From an uncultured Eubacteriales bacterium (GTDB lineage Bacteria; Bacillota; Clostridia; Christensenellales; CAG-138): a stretch of DNA of 64,000 nucleotides. The stretch spans positions 3,878 through 67,877 of the forward strand of contig CADAGD010000007.1 in the NCBI GenBank assembly GCA_902787375.1, given 5' to 3'. Every line of letters starts with the position of its first letter. Within the stretch, counting starts at the first letter, position 1. The position numbers were made by a program, and so were the translations under genes. Under the pieces are notes generated by a model. It saw nothing but the letters and a program-made list of their open reading frames with translations, made no database searches and was not told where the DNA came from. Below are positions 35,327-44,225 of the stretch, in pieces.

Positions 35327-36349
35327 CTATCTGTTGATATAATTGTTTGTTTCGATCCAACTCAAATACCTTAGCTCCTTTGCTGCCTCCTGAGCAGCAT
35401 ATGCTCCAATCGCGGTATTTGCGGCGGTTTGTTCCGTCGCTGATGCTATACGGCTCACATCAATCACTATGCGCTTTGTTTTCTCCAACAGCTTTTCGGA
35501 TATTGAATTGCCTTCCTTTATAGCTGAGTAGATTGACCATTGATTGCTTTTTATCTCCTCCAAGCTTTTAAGGACTTCACTAATTGATGCCCTTATCAGT
35601 TGGCAACGAACGTCTTTCGCATATTCATTATATGCGCCATCACCGCCATTCTTCTCGCCGAGTGTAGAACATCTACCGCTCTTGAAATAGTCGAGGAATG
35701 AAGCTATTGCAGTAAAATCATAACGGTAGTTTTCATATATTATGCCTTTAGCATAGTATTTAGCAAGCGTCACTTTCGTTTGCTCATATTGCTTATATAG
35801 AATTTGCTTTTCACTTGCCATTACAGCTTTCTGCTCAAGCTCGTTCTCAACTCGCTTTTTATCCTGCTCTAAGTTCCGAAAATATGCATTCATTTGTCTT
35901 TGATGCTCAGTATCAATGTTTTTTTCCTCGGAAGAATAGTGATTTCGCGCCACTATTGCACCTAAACCCAAACCTATAAGAGTTCCAATTGAAATGCCAA
36001 CAGGCAAAAAACCAATGGCAATCCCCAATATAAATCCAACAACACAACCGGCAACAGCACCTCCAACCAAATTATTTCCATAATCCATATTGTTTGTTCT
36101 TCTAACAGGTGCTGAAAATCGTCCTCTTACGCCAAGGCTTTTTATACGTTCATCCAAGCACTCCAACGTCCTCTCCTGCAAATACTTCTGTTTCTCAAGG
36201 TCAACGCCTATCTCAAGATACTTTATTATCTGCTGCTTGTCCATGGCTGCGTCCTTCACGGTGTCATGCGCATCGGCAATGCTTTCTCCGCATTGACCGC
36301 AGAACACATCGCCATCATCAATTTTCGCACCGCAGTTTTTACATATCAT
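35327..36349 (-). CDS. Zinc-ribbon domain membrane protein, hypothetical
   Basis: MICKNCGAKIDDGDVFCGQCGESI; Gly-zipper TM segment; coiled-coil-like C-terminal half. Confidence 0.55.
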   Translation of the reverse strand: MICKNCGAKIDDGDVFCGQCGESIADAHDTVKDAAMDKQQIIKYLEIGVDLEKQKYLQERTLECLDERIKSLGVRGRFSAPVRRTNNMDYGNNLVGGAVAGCVVGFILGIAIGFLPVGISIGTLIGLGLGAIVARNHYSSEEKNIDTEHQRQMNAYFRNLEQDKKRVENELEQKAVMASEKQILYKQYEQTKVTLAKYYAKGIIYENYRYDFTAIASFLDYFKSGRCSTLGEKNGGDGAYNEYAKDVRCQLIRASISEVLKSLEEIKSNQWSIYSAIKEGNSISEKLLEKTKRIVIDVSRIASATEQTAANTAIGAYAAQEAAKELRYLSWIETNNYINR

Positions 36350-36440
36350 CTTTCGTTCCTCCTCACCTGTGTTATTGCTGTTTCAGACAACGCAATCGTA
36401 ATGCTCTCAATGCTCCGTCTTTGCCATATCGCATTCGATA

Positions 36441-36536
36441 CTAAAGATATTTGCATGTCCGAAATAGTATTTATAGTATATTACATCCGCATAATAATAT
36501 CAATAGTCTGTTCATTTACCTTTAAAATATCTTTAG
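36441..36536. promoter_or_regulatory. Paired 12-bp inverted repeats in a divergent promoter region (candidate operator)
   Basis: CTAAAGATATTT (36441-36452) and AAATATCTTTAG (36525-36536) are perfect reverse complements. Confidence 0.35.
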
Positions 36537-36560
36537 ACTATACGATGAAAGGTGGATCAT

Positions 36561-36899
36561 ATGAGCGAGCTTACAAGAATAATAGGGACAAGGATACGCA
36601 ACTACAGGCTGCAAGCCGGATTAACTCAGGAGGGGCTTGCGGACAAAGCCGAATGCCATCCGACATACATAGGTCAGGTCGAGCGCGGCGAGAAGAATTT
36701 GACCGTCGAAAGTCTTTTCAAAATTGCCAACGCTCTCGGCATTCCTATGGAATGTCTTTTGGAGAAGCTCGGTCGTGACGCTTCTTTTTCCAGCAGTCTT
36801 CCGCTCGAAGCATATGAGCTTATCGCCTCAAAGCCGCTTTCCGAACAGGAACAGCTTCTCGTACTGCTTAAAGAAATAGACAAATACCGCAGCTTATAA
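36561..36899 (+). CDS. XRE family helix-turn-helix transcriptional regulator
   Basis: IRNYRLQAGLTQEGLADKAECHPTYIGQVERGEKNLTVESLFKIANALGI. Confidence 0.85.
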   Translation: MSELTRIIGTRIRNYRLQAGLTQEGLADKAECHPTYIGQVERGEKNLTVESLFKIANALGIPMECLLEKLGRDASFSSSLPLEAYELIASKPLSEQEQLLVLLKEIDKYRSL

Positions 36900-37180
36900 A
36901 TAAGAGCCGCGACGCGGCATACAGCATTTGCGGCACTTTTTTCAAAAAAACAAAACCACCGCATCATATTTAAAAAGCATATAAAAAACAAGAACCGAGC
37001 TTTCACTCGGTCTTGTTCAGCAATTGTTGGAGGGTTTATTGCTATTGAAGGCATATTCATTTGGGGGGAGTAAATAACCTTCATCTATATAACGCACGAC
37101 ATATGCCGGGGGTTCCATAAAAAAGCCGCCTGCAACAAATATATTTTCGCGCGTCCGAAAATCCCGCCTGCACCGCCTTC

Positions 37181-37873
37181 TCAGCCAATGCTTTTCATTA
37201 TTTTTTTAAGCTGTGCGCACCTTTCCTCCGATATTCTGTGGCTCTCCTTGCATTTTTTGAATGTCATCGAAAGCAGCTCCCTATCCCCCATTCCCCTTTC
37301 AAAATAGGCAACCGCACTCTCATACCGCTTGGCAAGCGCTGTGGCAAAGAACCATGCCTGCATCATGCGAACATAGTATTCGTCACTTTTAACATCATAA
37401 ACAAGACCGAGAGCCTCCTCCTTAAAGTCCTCGTCAAGGAAATGCGCCATAAGCATACCTATACCGAAGCGCACGGCATATGTATTCTCCATATCAAGGT
37501 ATCCGGGTATCCTCTCCCATATCTGCGCATGCAGCTTCTTGAACAGCTTGGGTTTAATCGTATCGCATACCGCCCAGTTATCAACGTAGGGCAGAAATTC
37601 GTCAAGCTTCGCAAAGAGCTTATTCGGCTCCCTCAGCTCATTGAGTATCAATGCGTGAAGCATGTTTTCGTCATGGTATTTATGGGGAAGGCTTTCCAAA
37701 AACTCACCCTCCGAATGCTCCTTTACAATATCGGCCGCAAGCTTGCGAAGTATCGGAACTCTGACGCCTATTATCGTCTTCTCCTCTATGTCCGGAATAA
37801 GATTCGCTTGAAAGCTTCTGTATTCTTCATCACTCAGCTCAAAGAGCTTTTTTTCTATATCGCAAACAGTCAT
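37181..37873 (-). CDS. DNA alkylation repair protein (AlkD-like HEAT repeat)
   Basis: YRSFQANLIPDIEEKTIIGVRVPILRKLA...VDNWAVCDT...; ATGA overlap with the upstream gene. Confidence 0.75.
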   Translation of the reverse strand: MTVCDIEKKLFELSDEEYRSFQANLIPDIEEKTIIGVRVPILRKLAADIVKEHSEGEFLESLPHKYHDENMLHALILNELREPNKLFAKLDEFLPYVDNWAVCDTIKPKLFKKLHAQIWERIPGYLDMENTYAVRFGIGMLMAHFLDEDFKEEALGLVYDVKSDEYYVRMMQAWFFATALAKRYESAVAYFERGMGDRELLSMTFKKCKESHRISEERCAQLKKIMKSIG

Positions 37874-39537
37874 TTTTCTTCTCCTCTTATAAATGAAAAT
37901 TCATTTTTTATGTGCATCAGCACCTCGGTATCGGCAGGACAGAAATCATATGCCTCCATCTCATCCGGGGTTATCCATGCAATTTGGGTATGCTCCAAAA
38001 GCTTAGGCTCGCCCTCGGCAATTCGGGCGCGCATTACAGTGAGATGAATCGTTATATCGGAGTACCTGTGTATCACATCGGTAAAAACATCTCCGACGCT
38101 TATCTCAATATCAAGCTCCTCACGGCACTCCCTTATAAGGGCTTCCGCTGCGCTCTCGCCTTCTTCAAGCTTTCCGCCGACAAATTCCCACAAGCCGCCC
38201 CTTGCCTTATTCTGAGGACGCCTGCAAACCATGAATTTGCCTTCCCTGCTTATGAGTGCAGCCGCGACCTCGACTATTTCAGGCATATAAAGCTGCTTAT
38301 CTCTCTCCTCATTCGGAACAAGCCTTCCTCCGGTCGCCCACGCGATATGCGTCGTACTCTTGCTGTCGGGTATGCCGTTTCCAATGTATTTCATGAATCC
38401 GAGGCTTGCCGCGCTTGAGGGCTCTATGAATATTCCTTCCCTATTATACAACAGATTTTGATAATACGGAAGCCTTGAGTCATCCACCGTGTACTCGCCG
38501 TCAAGCAGTTCATTCATAGCATCCGCAACAAGCTTTGAAGCCGTTCCGACCGCAAGCCCATCCGCCTGTGTCAATCCGGTAAGCCCCAGCTCCGTCACGG
38601 AAACTATATTCCCCGTGGCAAGCGCGGCAAGCATACACGGAGCCTGCACCGGCTCGGCAAAAAAGCATCGCGCCGCATCCCCGAACACGGTCTTTACGCC
38701 GAAGCATATTCCTCCCGGCGCACCTCCGACGCCGCACGGAAGATACAGATTTATGGGATGCTCCCTATCAACGCAGATGCCCATTTCATCAAGCTGCTTC
38801 TTGAGCCTGAGCGCGGCTGTGGCATATCCCAAAAAGAGCGTTTCCGAGTTCTCGTCATCGACAAAGTAGCTCATTTTATCCGCATCGGACAGTCTGCGCC
38901 CGTTTGCAACGGCAAGGGAGTAATCTCCTTCATACTCCATAACCCTTACGCCCTTCTCACGCAGCAGAGCTTTTTTCCACGCCTTGGCATCCGCCGACAT
39001 ATGAACCGTCGCCTCATAGCCCAACGCCGCGCTCATAATGCCTATGCTCATCCCCAGATTGCCCGTTGAGCCTACCTGCATCCTGCGCCCTTTGAGGGCT
39101 TCTTTTATTTCGGTTATACGCCCGTCCCGGTCTTTGACATTTTCAAAATCGAGCAGCTCGCCTTTTCCGCATTCCCCAAGCACATCCTCGGTATGCTTCA
39201 ACACCTCATATATGCCGCCCCTTGCCTTGACCGAACCTGCTATCGGCAGATCGCTGTCACGCTTGATAAACAGTCTTCCCTCGATGCCGGGTGTGGACTT
39301 CAGGCCGGCTATCTCCGTCAGCGGCGATTCTATTATACCGCTGCTCTCACAGGTTTCCGGAAACAGCGCGATTATTAGAGGCGAAAATCTCAACAGTCTT
39401 TTCTCAGCATCCTCTATGTCCGCGATCGTGAACCTTATCCCCGCCAAGGCCTTTTCGCTCGGCTTTGCAAGCGGGTTCAGCCATAGCTGCTCCCTTGATT
39501 TTTTTAATAGAGAAACCGTTTCCATAACTGCCCCCAT
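37870..39537 (-). CDS. dsdA: D-serine ammonia-lyase fused to a C-terminal NUDIX (MutT-like) hydrolase domain
   Basis: DsdA PLP signature AGSVKARGGIYEVL...WATGGRLVP; then MPEIVEVAAALI...GGKLEEGESAAEALIRECREELDI Nudix box (about 37870-38286). Confidence 0.8.
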   Translation of the reverse strand: MGAVMETVSLLKKSREQLWLNPLAKPSEKALAGIRFTIADIEDAEKRLLRFSPLIIALFPETCESSGIIESPLTEIAGLKSTPGIEGRLFIKRDSDLPIAGSVKARGGIYEVLKHTEDVLGECGKGELLDFENVKDRDGRITEIKEALKGRRMQVGSTGNLGMSIGIMSAALGYEATVHMSADAKAWKKALLREKGVRVMEYEGDYSLAVANGRRLSDADKMSYFVDDENSETLFLGYATAALRLKKQLDEMGICVDREHPINLYLPCGVGGAPGGICFGVKTVFGDAARCFFAEPVQAPCMLAALATGNIVSVTELGLTGLTQADGLAVGTASKLVADAMNELLDGEYTVDDSRLPYYQNLLYNREGIFIEPSSAASLGFMKYIGNGIPDSKSTTHIAWATGGRLVPNEERDKQLYMPEIVEVAAALISREGKFMVCRRPQNKARGGLWEFVGGKLEEGESAAEALIRECREELDIEISVGDVFTDVIHRYSDITIHLTVMRARIAEGEPKLLEHTQIAWITPDEMEAYDFCPADTEVLMHIKNEFSFIRGEEK

Positions 39538-39619
39538 ATGTGTTTTTTCAGTATTATAATGTTGTTACCGTCCTTTTTCAACGGAAAATAATATATATAA
39601 TTATTTTTTCAAAAAAAGG

Positions 39620-39648
39620 TTGACAAATGCCTCAAACAATGATAGAAT
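39620..39648 (+). promoter_or_regulatory. Promoter of the six-tRNA operon
   Basis: TTGACA (39620-39625), 17 nt, TAGAAT (39643-39648). Confidence 0.6.
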
Positions 39649-39678
39649 TACCTACCGTCGGCAGGGTATGGACGGCGT

Positions 39679-39755
39679 GCGCCTGTAGCTCAGGTGGATA
39701 GAGCAACGGTCTTCTAAACCGTGGGTCCGGGGTTCGAGTCCCTGCAGGCGCGCCA
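39679..39755 (+). tRNA. tRNA-Arg (anticodon TCT)
   Basis: GCGCCTGTAGCTCAGGTGGATAGAGCAACGGTCTTCTAAACCGT...CAGGCGCGCCA. Confidence 0.9.
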
Positions 39756-39783
39756 TTTTCAAAGCCGTCTGCAAAAGTGTTAT

Positions 39784-39861
39784 GGTGGGTGTAGTTCAGT
39801 TGGCTAGAATGCCAGATTGTGGCTCTGGAGGTCGTGGGTTCGAGCCCCACCACTCACCCCA
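39784..39861 (+). tRNA. tRNA-His (anticodon GTG, with G-1)
   Basis: G-GTGGGTGTAGTTCAGTTGGCTAGAATGCCAGATTGTGGCTCTGG...CACTCACCCCA. Confidence 0.9.
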
Positions 39862-39923
39862 TTTACTGAGAGCTTTTGACGCAGGGCAAGGGCTTTATTT
39901 ATGAAGTGGGACTTGTGAACCGT

Positions 39924-39998
39924 TGGGGTGTCGCCAAGTGGTCAAGGCATGGGACTTTGACTCCCACATCGTAGGTTCAAATCCTGCCACCCCAGCCA
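39924..39998 (+). tRNA. tRNA-Gln (anticodon TTG)
   Basis: TGGGGTGTCGCCAAGTGGTCAAGGCATGGGACTTTGACTCCCA...CACCCCAGCCA. Confidence 0.9.
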
Positions 39999-40005
39999 GC
40001 CTTTT

Positions 40006-40081
40006 GACCCGTTAGCTCAGTCGGTAGAGCACTTGACTTTTAATCAAGGTGTCCCGGGTTCGAATCCCGGACGGGTCACCA
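40006..40081 (+). tRNA. tRNA-Lys (anticodon TTT)
   Basis: GACCCGTTAGCTCAGTCGGTAGAGCACTTGACTTTTAATCAAG...ACGGGTCACCA. Confidence 0.9.
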
Positions 40082-40091
40082 AAATTATCGT

Positions 40092-40177
<86 letters not shown>

Positions 40178-40198
40178 CTACCCTGACAACAGAATAAC

Positions 40199-40272
40199 GC
40201 GGGTATAGTGTAATGGTAACACATTAGCCTTCCAAGCTGAGATAGAGGGTTCGAGTCCCTTTACCCGCTCCA
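40199..40272 (+). tRNA. tRNA-Gly (anticodon TCC)
   Basis: GCGGGTATAGTGTAATGGTAACACATTAGCCTTCCAAGCTGA...TACCCGCTCCA. Confidence 0.9.
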
Positions 40273-40274
40273 AA

Positions 40275-40315
40275 AAGAGCATTGACCGAATCGGAGTTAA
40301 TGCTCTTTTCTTTTA
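40275..40315 (+). terminator. Rho-independent terminator of the tRNA operon
   Basis: aagagcatt-gaccgaatcggagtt-aatgctctt, then a T-rich tail. Confidence 0.7.
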
Positions 40316-40429
40316 TTCATTTCTGTGAATAAGCCATTTTTCTCCTTAAAAAAGTTATTCAAAAATTTGCAAAAGCATTTGATTCATGGTATATTGGCAT
40401 TACCCAACAGAAGCGAGAAAGGATACACG

Positions 40430-40684
40430 ATGAGCAATTATGATTGGATAGTGAATATGTTTCCGGGGCAGGAGTACATCACAGCAGAAAAAGCCCGGAT
40501 TGCTATTAAGTGCGCCAAAAGTACCATACGATACTATATTAAGTCAGGTCTGCTTCCCTGTCAGACCGGAACAAACTCAAGGTCATGGAAGTATTTCATA
40601 CGTCCGGTAGACCTAAAGGAAATGATGGATGATCGGGATATGCATCCCGAAAAATACAAGTTACCCAAAGACCCAAGAAAATAA
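40430..40684 (+). CDS. Helix-turn-helix (excisionase/MerR-like) DNA-binding protein
   Basis: ITAEKARIAIKCAKSTIRYYIKSGLLPCQ...KYFIRPVDLKEMM; AAAGGA RBS; TTGCAA-17-TATATT promoter upstream. Confidence 0.55.
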   Translation: MSNYDWIVNMFPGQEYITAEKARIAIKCAKSTIRYYIKSGLLPCQTGTNSRSWKYFIRPVDLKEMMDDRDMHPEKYKLPKDPRK

Positions 40685-40695
40685 AAACAGAATAG

Positions 40696-40854
40696 CTTGC
40701 CTCTGTTCTCTCAGAGAAGAAAAAAGCATATTCGGAGTATTCCGAAGCGAAGTCGGAATACCGTACTTTGCTCACGGCGAAGGCTAACCTCGATGCGCTT
40801 CTCGGCAAAAAAACCGATGAAGTAAAACGAGGTATTTCAGAGGAACACAAGTGA
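40696..40854 (+). pseudogene. Possible C-terminal remnant of a mobilisation/relaxase-type protein
   Basis: Startless open frame EKKKAYSEYSEAKSEYRTLLTAKANLDALLGKKTDEVKRGISEEHK*; resembles C-terminal tails of Firmicutes Mob relaxases (from memory). Confidence 0.3.
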
Positions 40855-41234
40855 TACTGAGCCGAGCAATTTAAGCTTCCTGCGGAAGCGCCGCCGCACA
40901 CAAAAGTGTGCGTTTTATGGGGTTTGGGGCAACGCCCTAACAAGCAGAAAAAGCAAGTTGTGTACACGCTTGCCCTGCTTGCCACTTCTGTAATGCCCAA
41001 AAAACGGGTTTTTACTGAAACAAAAAAAGCTTTGTTTTGTGAAAAGGCGGATTTGCCGAATCGAGCAAATTTGGGCATGAGGAATTTGATTAAAAAATTC
41101 CCGATAGAGGAATTTTTCATGTTCAAAAAAATAAAGAATAAGTGCGAGCAACAACAAGCAACAACATGGTATTGCGTTTGATTTGACAATGCCCGCTTAA
41201 TCCAATATAATTAAAAAGTCAGGAGGTGTTCAAT

Positions 41235-41984
41235 ATGAAAGCTTATGAATCAGCAGTATCATTTTGGATAAAACGCGGCGTAAGGACCGGAGCGGAATTA
41301 GCAGAGGTTCTCAACGGTCACAGCATCGCGTTTGCTTATCACTCCGGAAAGATTGAAAACACCAACATAACGTTCAACGATACAAGAGAGATATTTGAGC
41401 ATGACGGCGTAACATCCTACACAGGCGATCTCAGAACTCTCTTTGAAATACGCAACTCAAAGGACGCAAACGAGCTGCTGTTGGTTTCGTTTGAAGAAAG
41501 ACGTGAACCGAATGAAAACTTGCTTAAAGAGTTTCATAAGCAGCTCACCAAGAATACATATGATGCCCGTCGTTGGCAGCTTGGCGAGCGTCCCGGAGAA
41601 TACAAGCTTCATGATTATGTCACCGGCAAAAGCGAGATAGGTGCTTTGCCGGAAGATGTCGCTGACGAGATAAAAGAGTTGTTTGAAGAAATAGCCGATG
41701 TCGATGACTCCAATGCTCTTACAGCCGCGGCATATTTTCATGCAAAGCTGGAGAACATACATCCGTTTGCCGATGGCAACGGCAGAGTCGGCAGATTGTT
41801 CATGAATTATCTCCTCCTGCTGCACAATCATCCACCGATAATCATACATGAGGAGGATAGAAAACAATACTATTCCGCTCTTGAAGCTTGGGATGAAAAA
41901 CAAAAGCTTGAACCGCTTATAGAGTTCCTTAAAGAGCAGACATTCAAAACTTGGGAAAAACAAATCCTGAGAAAAAAAGCTTGA
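41235..41984 (+). CDS. Fic family protein
   Basis: Fic motif HPFADGNGRVGR; AGGAGG RBS 8 nt upstream of ATG 41235. Confidence 0.85.
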   Translation: MKAYESAVSFWIKRGVRTGAELAEVLNGHSIAFAYHSGKIENTNITFNDTREIFEHDGVTSYTGDLRTLFEIRNSKDANELLLVSFEERREPNENLLKEFHKQLTKNTYDARRWQLGERPGEYKLHDYVTGKSEIGALPEDVADEIKELFEEIADVDDSNALTAAAYFHAKLENIHPFADGNGRVGRLFMNYLLLLHNHPPIIIHEEDRKQYYSALEAWDEKQKLEPLIEFLKEQTFKTWEKQILRKKA

Positions 41985-42012
41985 ATGCTTTTATACAACA
42001 GGGAGGCAATAC

Positions 42013-42315
42013 ATGGACACTCACGATGAAAGAAACGAAGAAAAACTTAATTCACAGTATGATGAAGAAACGGGACTTCCGCTTGACGAAACATACCTAG
42101 AGAAGGGTTTGCCGCCTTATCTCTCGAAGTCCATTGAGGAAATGGAAAAGTCTTGGGCAATAGAGGATGCGGGAGGCTGGGATCATCTATGGGACTGCAC
42201 ATGGTGCAACCTGAACGCCGATATAAACGCCGCAGAGGTTGAACATGAAATATCACCAAGACAGGCTTGGTATCTCAGACGAAAATATCTCAGAATGGAG
42301 GATGAAAACGATTGA
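42013..42315 (+). CDS. Small acidic hypothetical protein (paralog family, copy 2)
   Basis: Highly similar to 4994-5293; GGGAGG RBS. Confidence 0.65.
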   Translation: MDTHDERNEEKLNSQYDEETGLPLDETYLEKGLPPYLSKSIEEMEKSWAIEDAGGWDHLWDCTWCNLNADINAAEVEHEISPRQAWYLRRKYLRMEDEND

Positions 42316-42473
42316 TAGACTTTACAGAACTGCCAAGGCGAAACAAAACATATGCGGGAGCAAGCGGAAGCAAGCTCTCTGTGATTTGCAACGGTGAGTG
42401 GTATATGCTGAAGTTCCCCGAACCCGGAAACAAAAACATGTTTTATGCAAGGTACTATGCGCATTATTCGTGA
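42312..42473 (+). pseudogene. Truncated 5' stub of a HipA-like kinase gene (TTG start overlapping the upstream stop)
   Basis: (M)IDFTELPRRNKTYAGASGSKLSVICNGEWYMLKFPEPGNKN..., then a double stop; resembles the N-terminus of clostridial HipA-like proteins (GG.AG.K...W.LKFP) as I recall it. Confidence 0.4.
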
Positions 42474-42867
42474 TGATTTTATATTCGATGTTGATATACA
42501 GAAAACAGTCGATTATTACCGCACGCATTCCGTGTGTGAATGCCCTGCGTGCAAAAGCCTTTATTCGCAAGCTAAGAAAAAGCTCCCGGCTCTATCGTCC
42601 TTTTTAAAGGATTTTGGCGTGGATATAAGCAGACCCGACGAAACAGGATGGTCTGACGAAGGCGAAGAAACAGATTACCATTTTGTTGCGTATACGGTTG
42701 TGGGTAAAATTGTAAAAATGGGAGAATACGAAATTGATCTCAACGACGGAGGTCTGTTTCTAAATATCGTAATTGACAATTCATATACCACAAGCGAACA
42801 GACCGACGAGAGCTTTACAATCACGGTTTACGGAATCCGATTGTCGAAGCGTTTTCAAGCTATTTAG
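42445..42867 (+). CDS. Hypothetical protein
   Basis: 140-aa ORF, Cys pair CECPAC; no domain recognised, no clear RBS. Confidence 0.4.
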   Translation: MQGTMRIIRDDFIFDVDIQKTVDYYRTHSVCECPACKSLYSQAKKKLPALSSFLKDFGVDISRPDETGWSDEGEETDYHFVAYTVVGKIVKMGEYEIDLNDGGLFLNIVIDNSYTTSEQTDESFTITVYGIRLSKRFQAI

Positions 42868-42983
42868 CCAACCGCTGATTAACGGCAGGTTTATCCGAAT
42901 AGGTTTCGAGTATCCGTTCCACTTACGGTTCAAATAGTATCAGGAGAACATTTGCCCGTATTTAAGCAAAAACGGATATGGCT

Positions 42984-43430
42984 TTAAAGCTCGAATCTGT
43001 AAATACATTCCTCCAAAGCTCCGTCGTTAATCCTCATATCGTTATCCTCAGGCAGCTCCGCAATCTCAAGCAGATTTCCATTGAGGTACTCACACGTTTT
43101 TATGGATGGCAGATTATTCGGGCTGCAAGTGATATAGAGATAGTCCATGCCGTGCTTTTTCGCCAATGAAAACAAGAGTTTGCACGCCTTTGCCGCATAA
43201 TGGGAGCCTCTGTACTGCTCATAGACTGTATACCCTATATGACCGCCATAGTACAGACCTTCATTATAGCCTATTCTCAAATCGCAGAAACCCATCCTAA
43301 CGCCCTGCTTGCTGCATATGTGGAAATAATATGCCGGAACCCAGTTTCTCTCCGGGTTTGCGTCGGCAGTTCTTGCCAGGACAAGTTTTATTTCATCGCT
43401 TTCCAAAAAGGATGTATCAAAAAAATCCAT
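42984..43430 (-). CDS. GNAT family N-acetyltransferase
   Basis: GYTVYEQYRGSHYAAKACKLLFSLAKKHGMDYLYITCSPNNLPSIKTCEYLNG; GGGAGG RBS before ATG 43430. Confidence 0.8.
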   Translation of the reverse strand: MDFFDTSFLESDEIKLVLARTADANPERNWVPAYYFHICSKQGVRMGFCDLRIGYNEGLYYGGHIGYTVYEQYRGSHYAAKACKLLFSLAKKHGMDYLYITCSPNNLPSIKTCEYLNGNLLEIAELPEDNDMRINDGALEECIYRFEL

Positions 43431-43703
43431 GTATCCTCCCACTGCTTCAATCATGCAAAATTGAAGTCCGCTTCGCTGTCAGGCACAATTATACCATTAT
43501 TCAACCTTAATTTCAATATTTCACTTGTCTTGTGTCGTGAAAGCTGTTATAATCTATCAGCGGTGTTTAAAGTGCAAAAGGCACGAAAACCTTTGTTTCA
43601 TCAAATATACCGAAAAAAGATGGAACCTGATGCTTCACTCACACGTTATATAAATGAGGTTCGGCAAATGGGGGTTTTGCCGGTTGGAGGATTTGTTTGT
43701 AAT

Positions 43704-44225
43704 ATGCCCGAACGTGATTTCGACAGCATATATAATGATTACTCGCGTCTTGTCTATTGGGCGGCATATCGGGTACTTAACAACAGGGAATTGACGGAGG
43801 ACGTTACTCAAAACGTCTTTATATCCGTGCTTAAAAACATGGAAAACATCGTCGTACTGCCGGATGCTCAGATCAAGGGATGGCTTTACAGGGTTGCCGT
43901 AAACGCCGCTCTTGACGCGAAGCGGCGTCTTGGCAGGGAGGTGCTGTCGGACGAGCCTGTTGGTGCCGATGTGGTCGATTCGGGGTCTTCTCCTGAGGAA
44001 CAGACCATGGACAACATTGTTCACGCGGCTGTAAGGGAAGTCCTTTCGGCAATGGACGATATCTACCGTGAGCCGTTGATGATGTTCTACTATTCCGAGA
44101 TGAGCATTCTTGATATAGCTGCGGCTCTCAATATAACGGAGGGAACTGTCAAGTCGCGCATGAGCAGGGGGAGAAAGATTTTAGCAAGGCATTTGAGCGC
44201 AAAGGGGATCAATTATGAACGATGA
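43704..44225 (+). CDS. Sigma-70 family (ECF-type) RNA polymerase sigma factor
   Basis: LVYWAAYRVLNNRELTEDVTQNVFISV (region 2), MFYYSEMSILDIAAALNITEGTVKSRMSRGRKIL (region 4); start uncertain (43620, 43668 or 43704); the track's 5' extension is antisense to the GNAT gene. Confidence 0.8.
   Translation: MPERDFDSIYNDYSRLVYWAAYRVLNNRELTEDVTQNVFISVLKNMENIVVLPDAQIKGWLYRVAVNAALDAKRRLGREVLSDEPVGADVVDSGSSPEEQTMDNIVHAAVREVLSAMDDIYREPLMMFYYSEMSILDIAAALNITEGTVKSRMSRGRKILARHLSAKGINYER

Noticed and set aside
43200-43619. Long N-terminal extension of the sigma factor ORF (341 aa in the track)
   Set aside because: The first about 140 codons are antisense to the GNAT gene at 42984-43430 and cross its promoter region. 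Sigma-70 region 2 begins only after about 43700, so the start was moved downstream.
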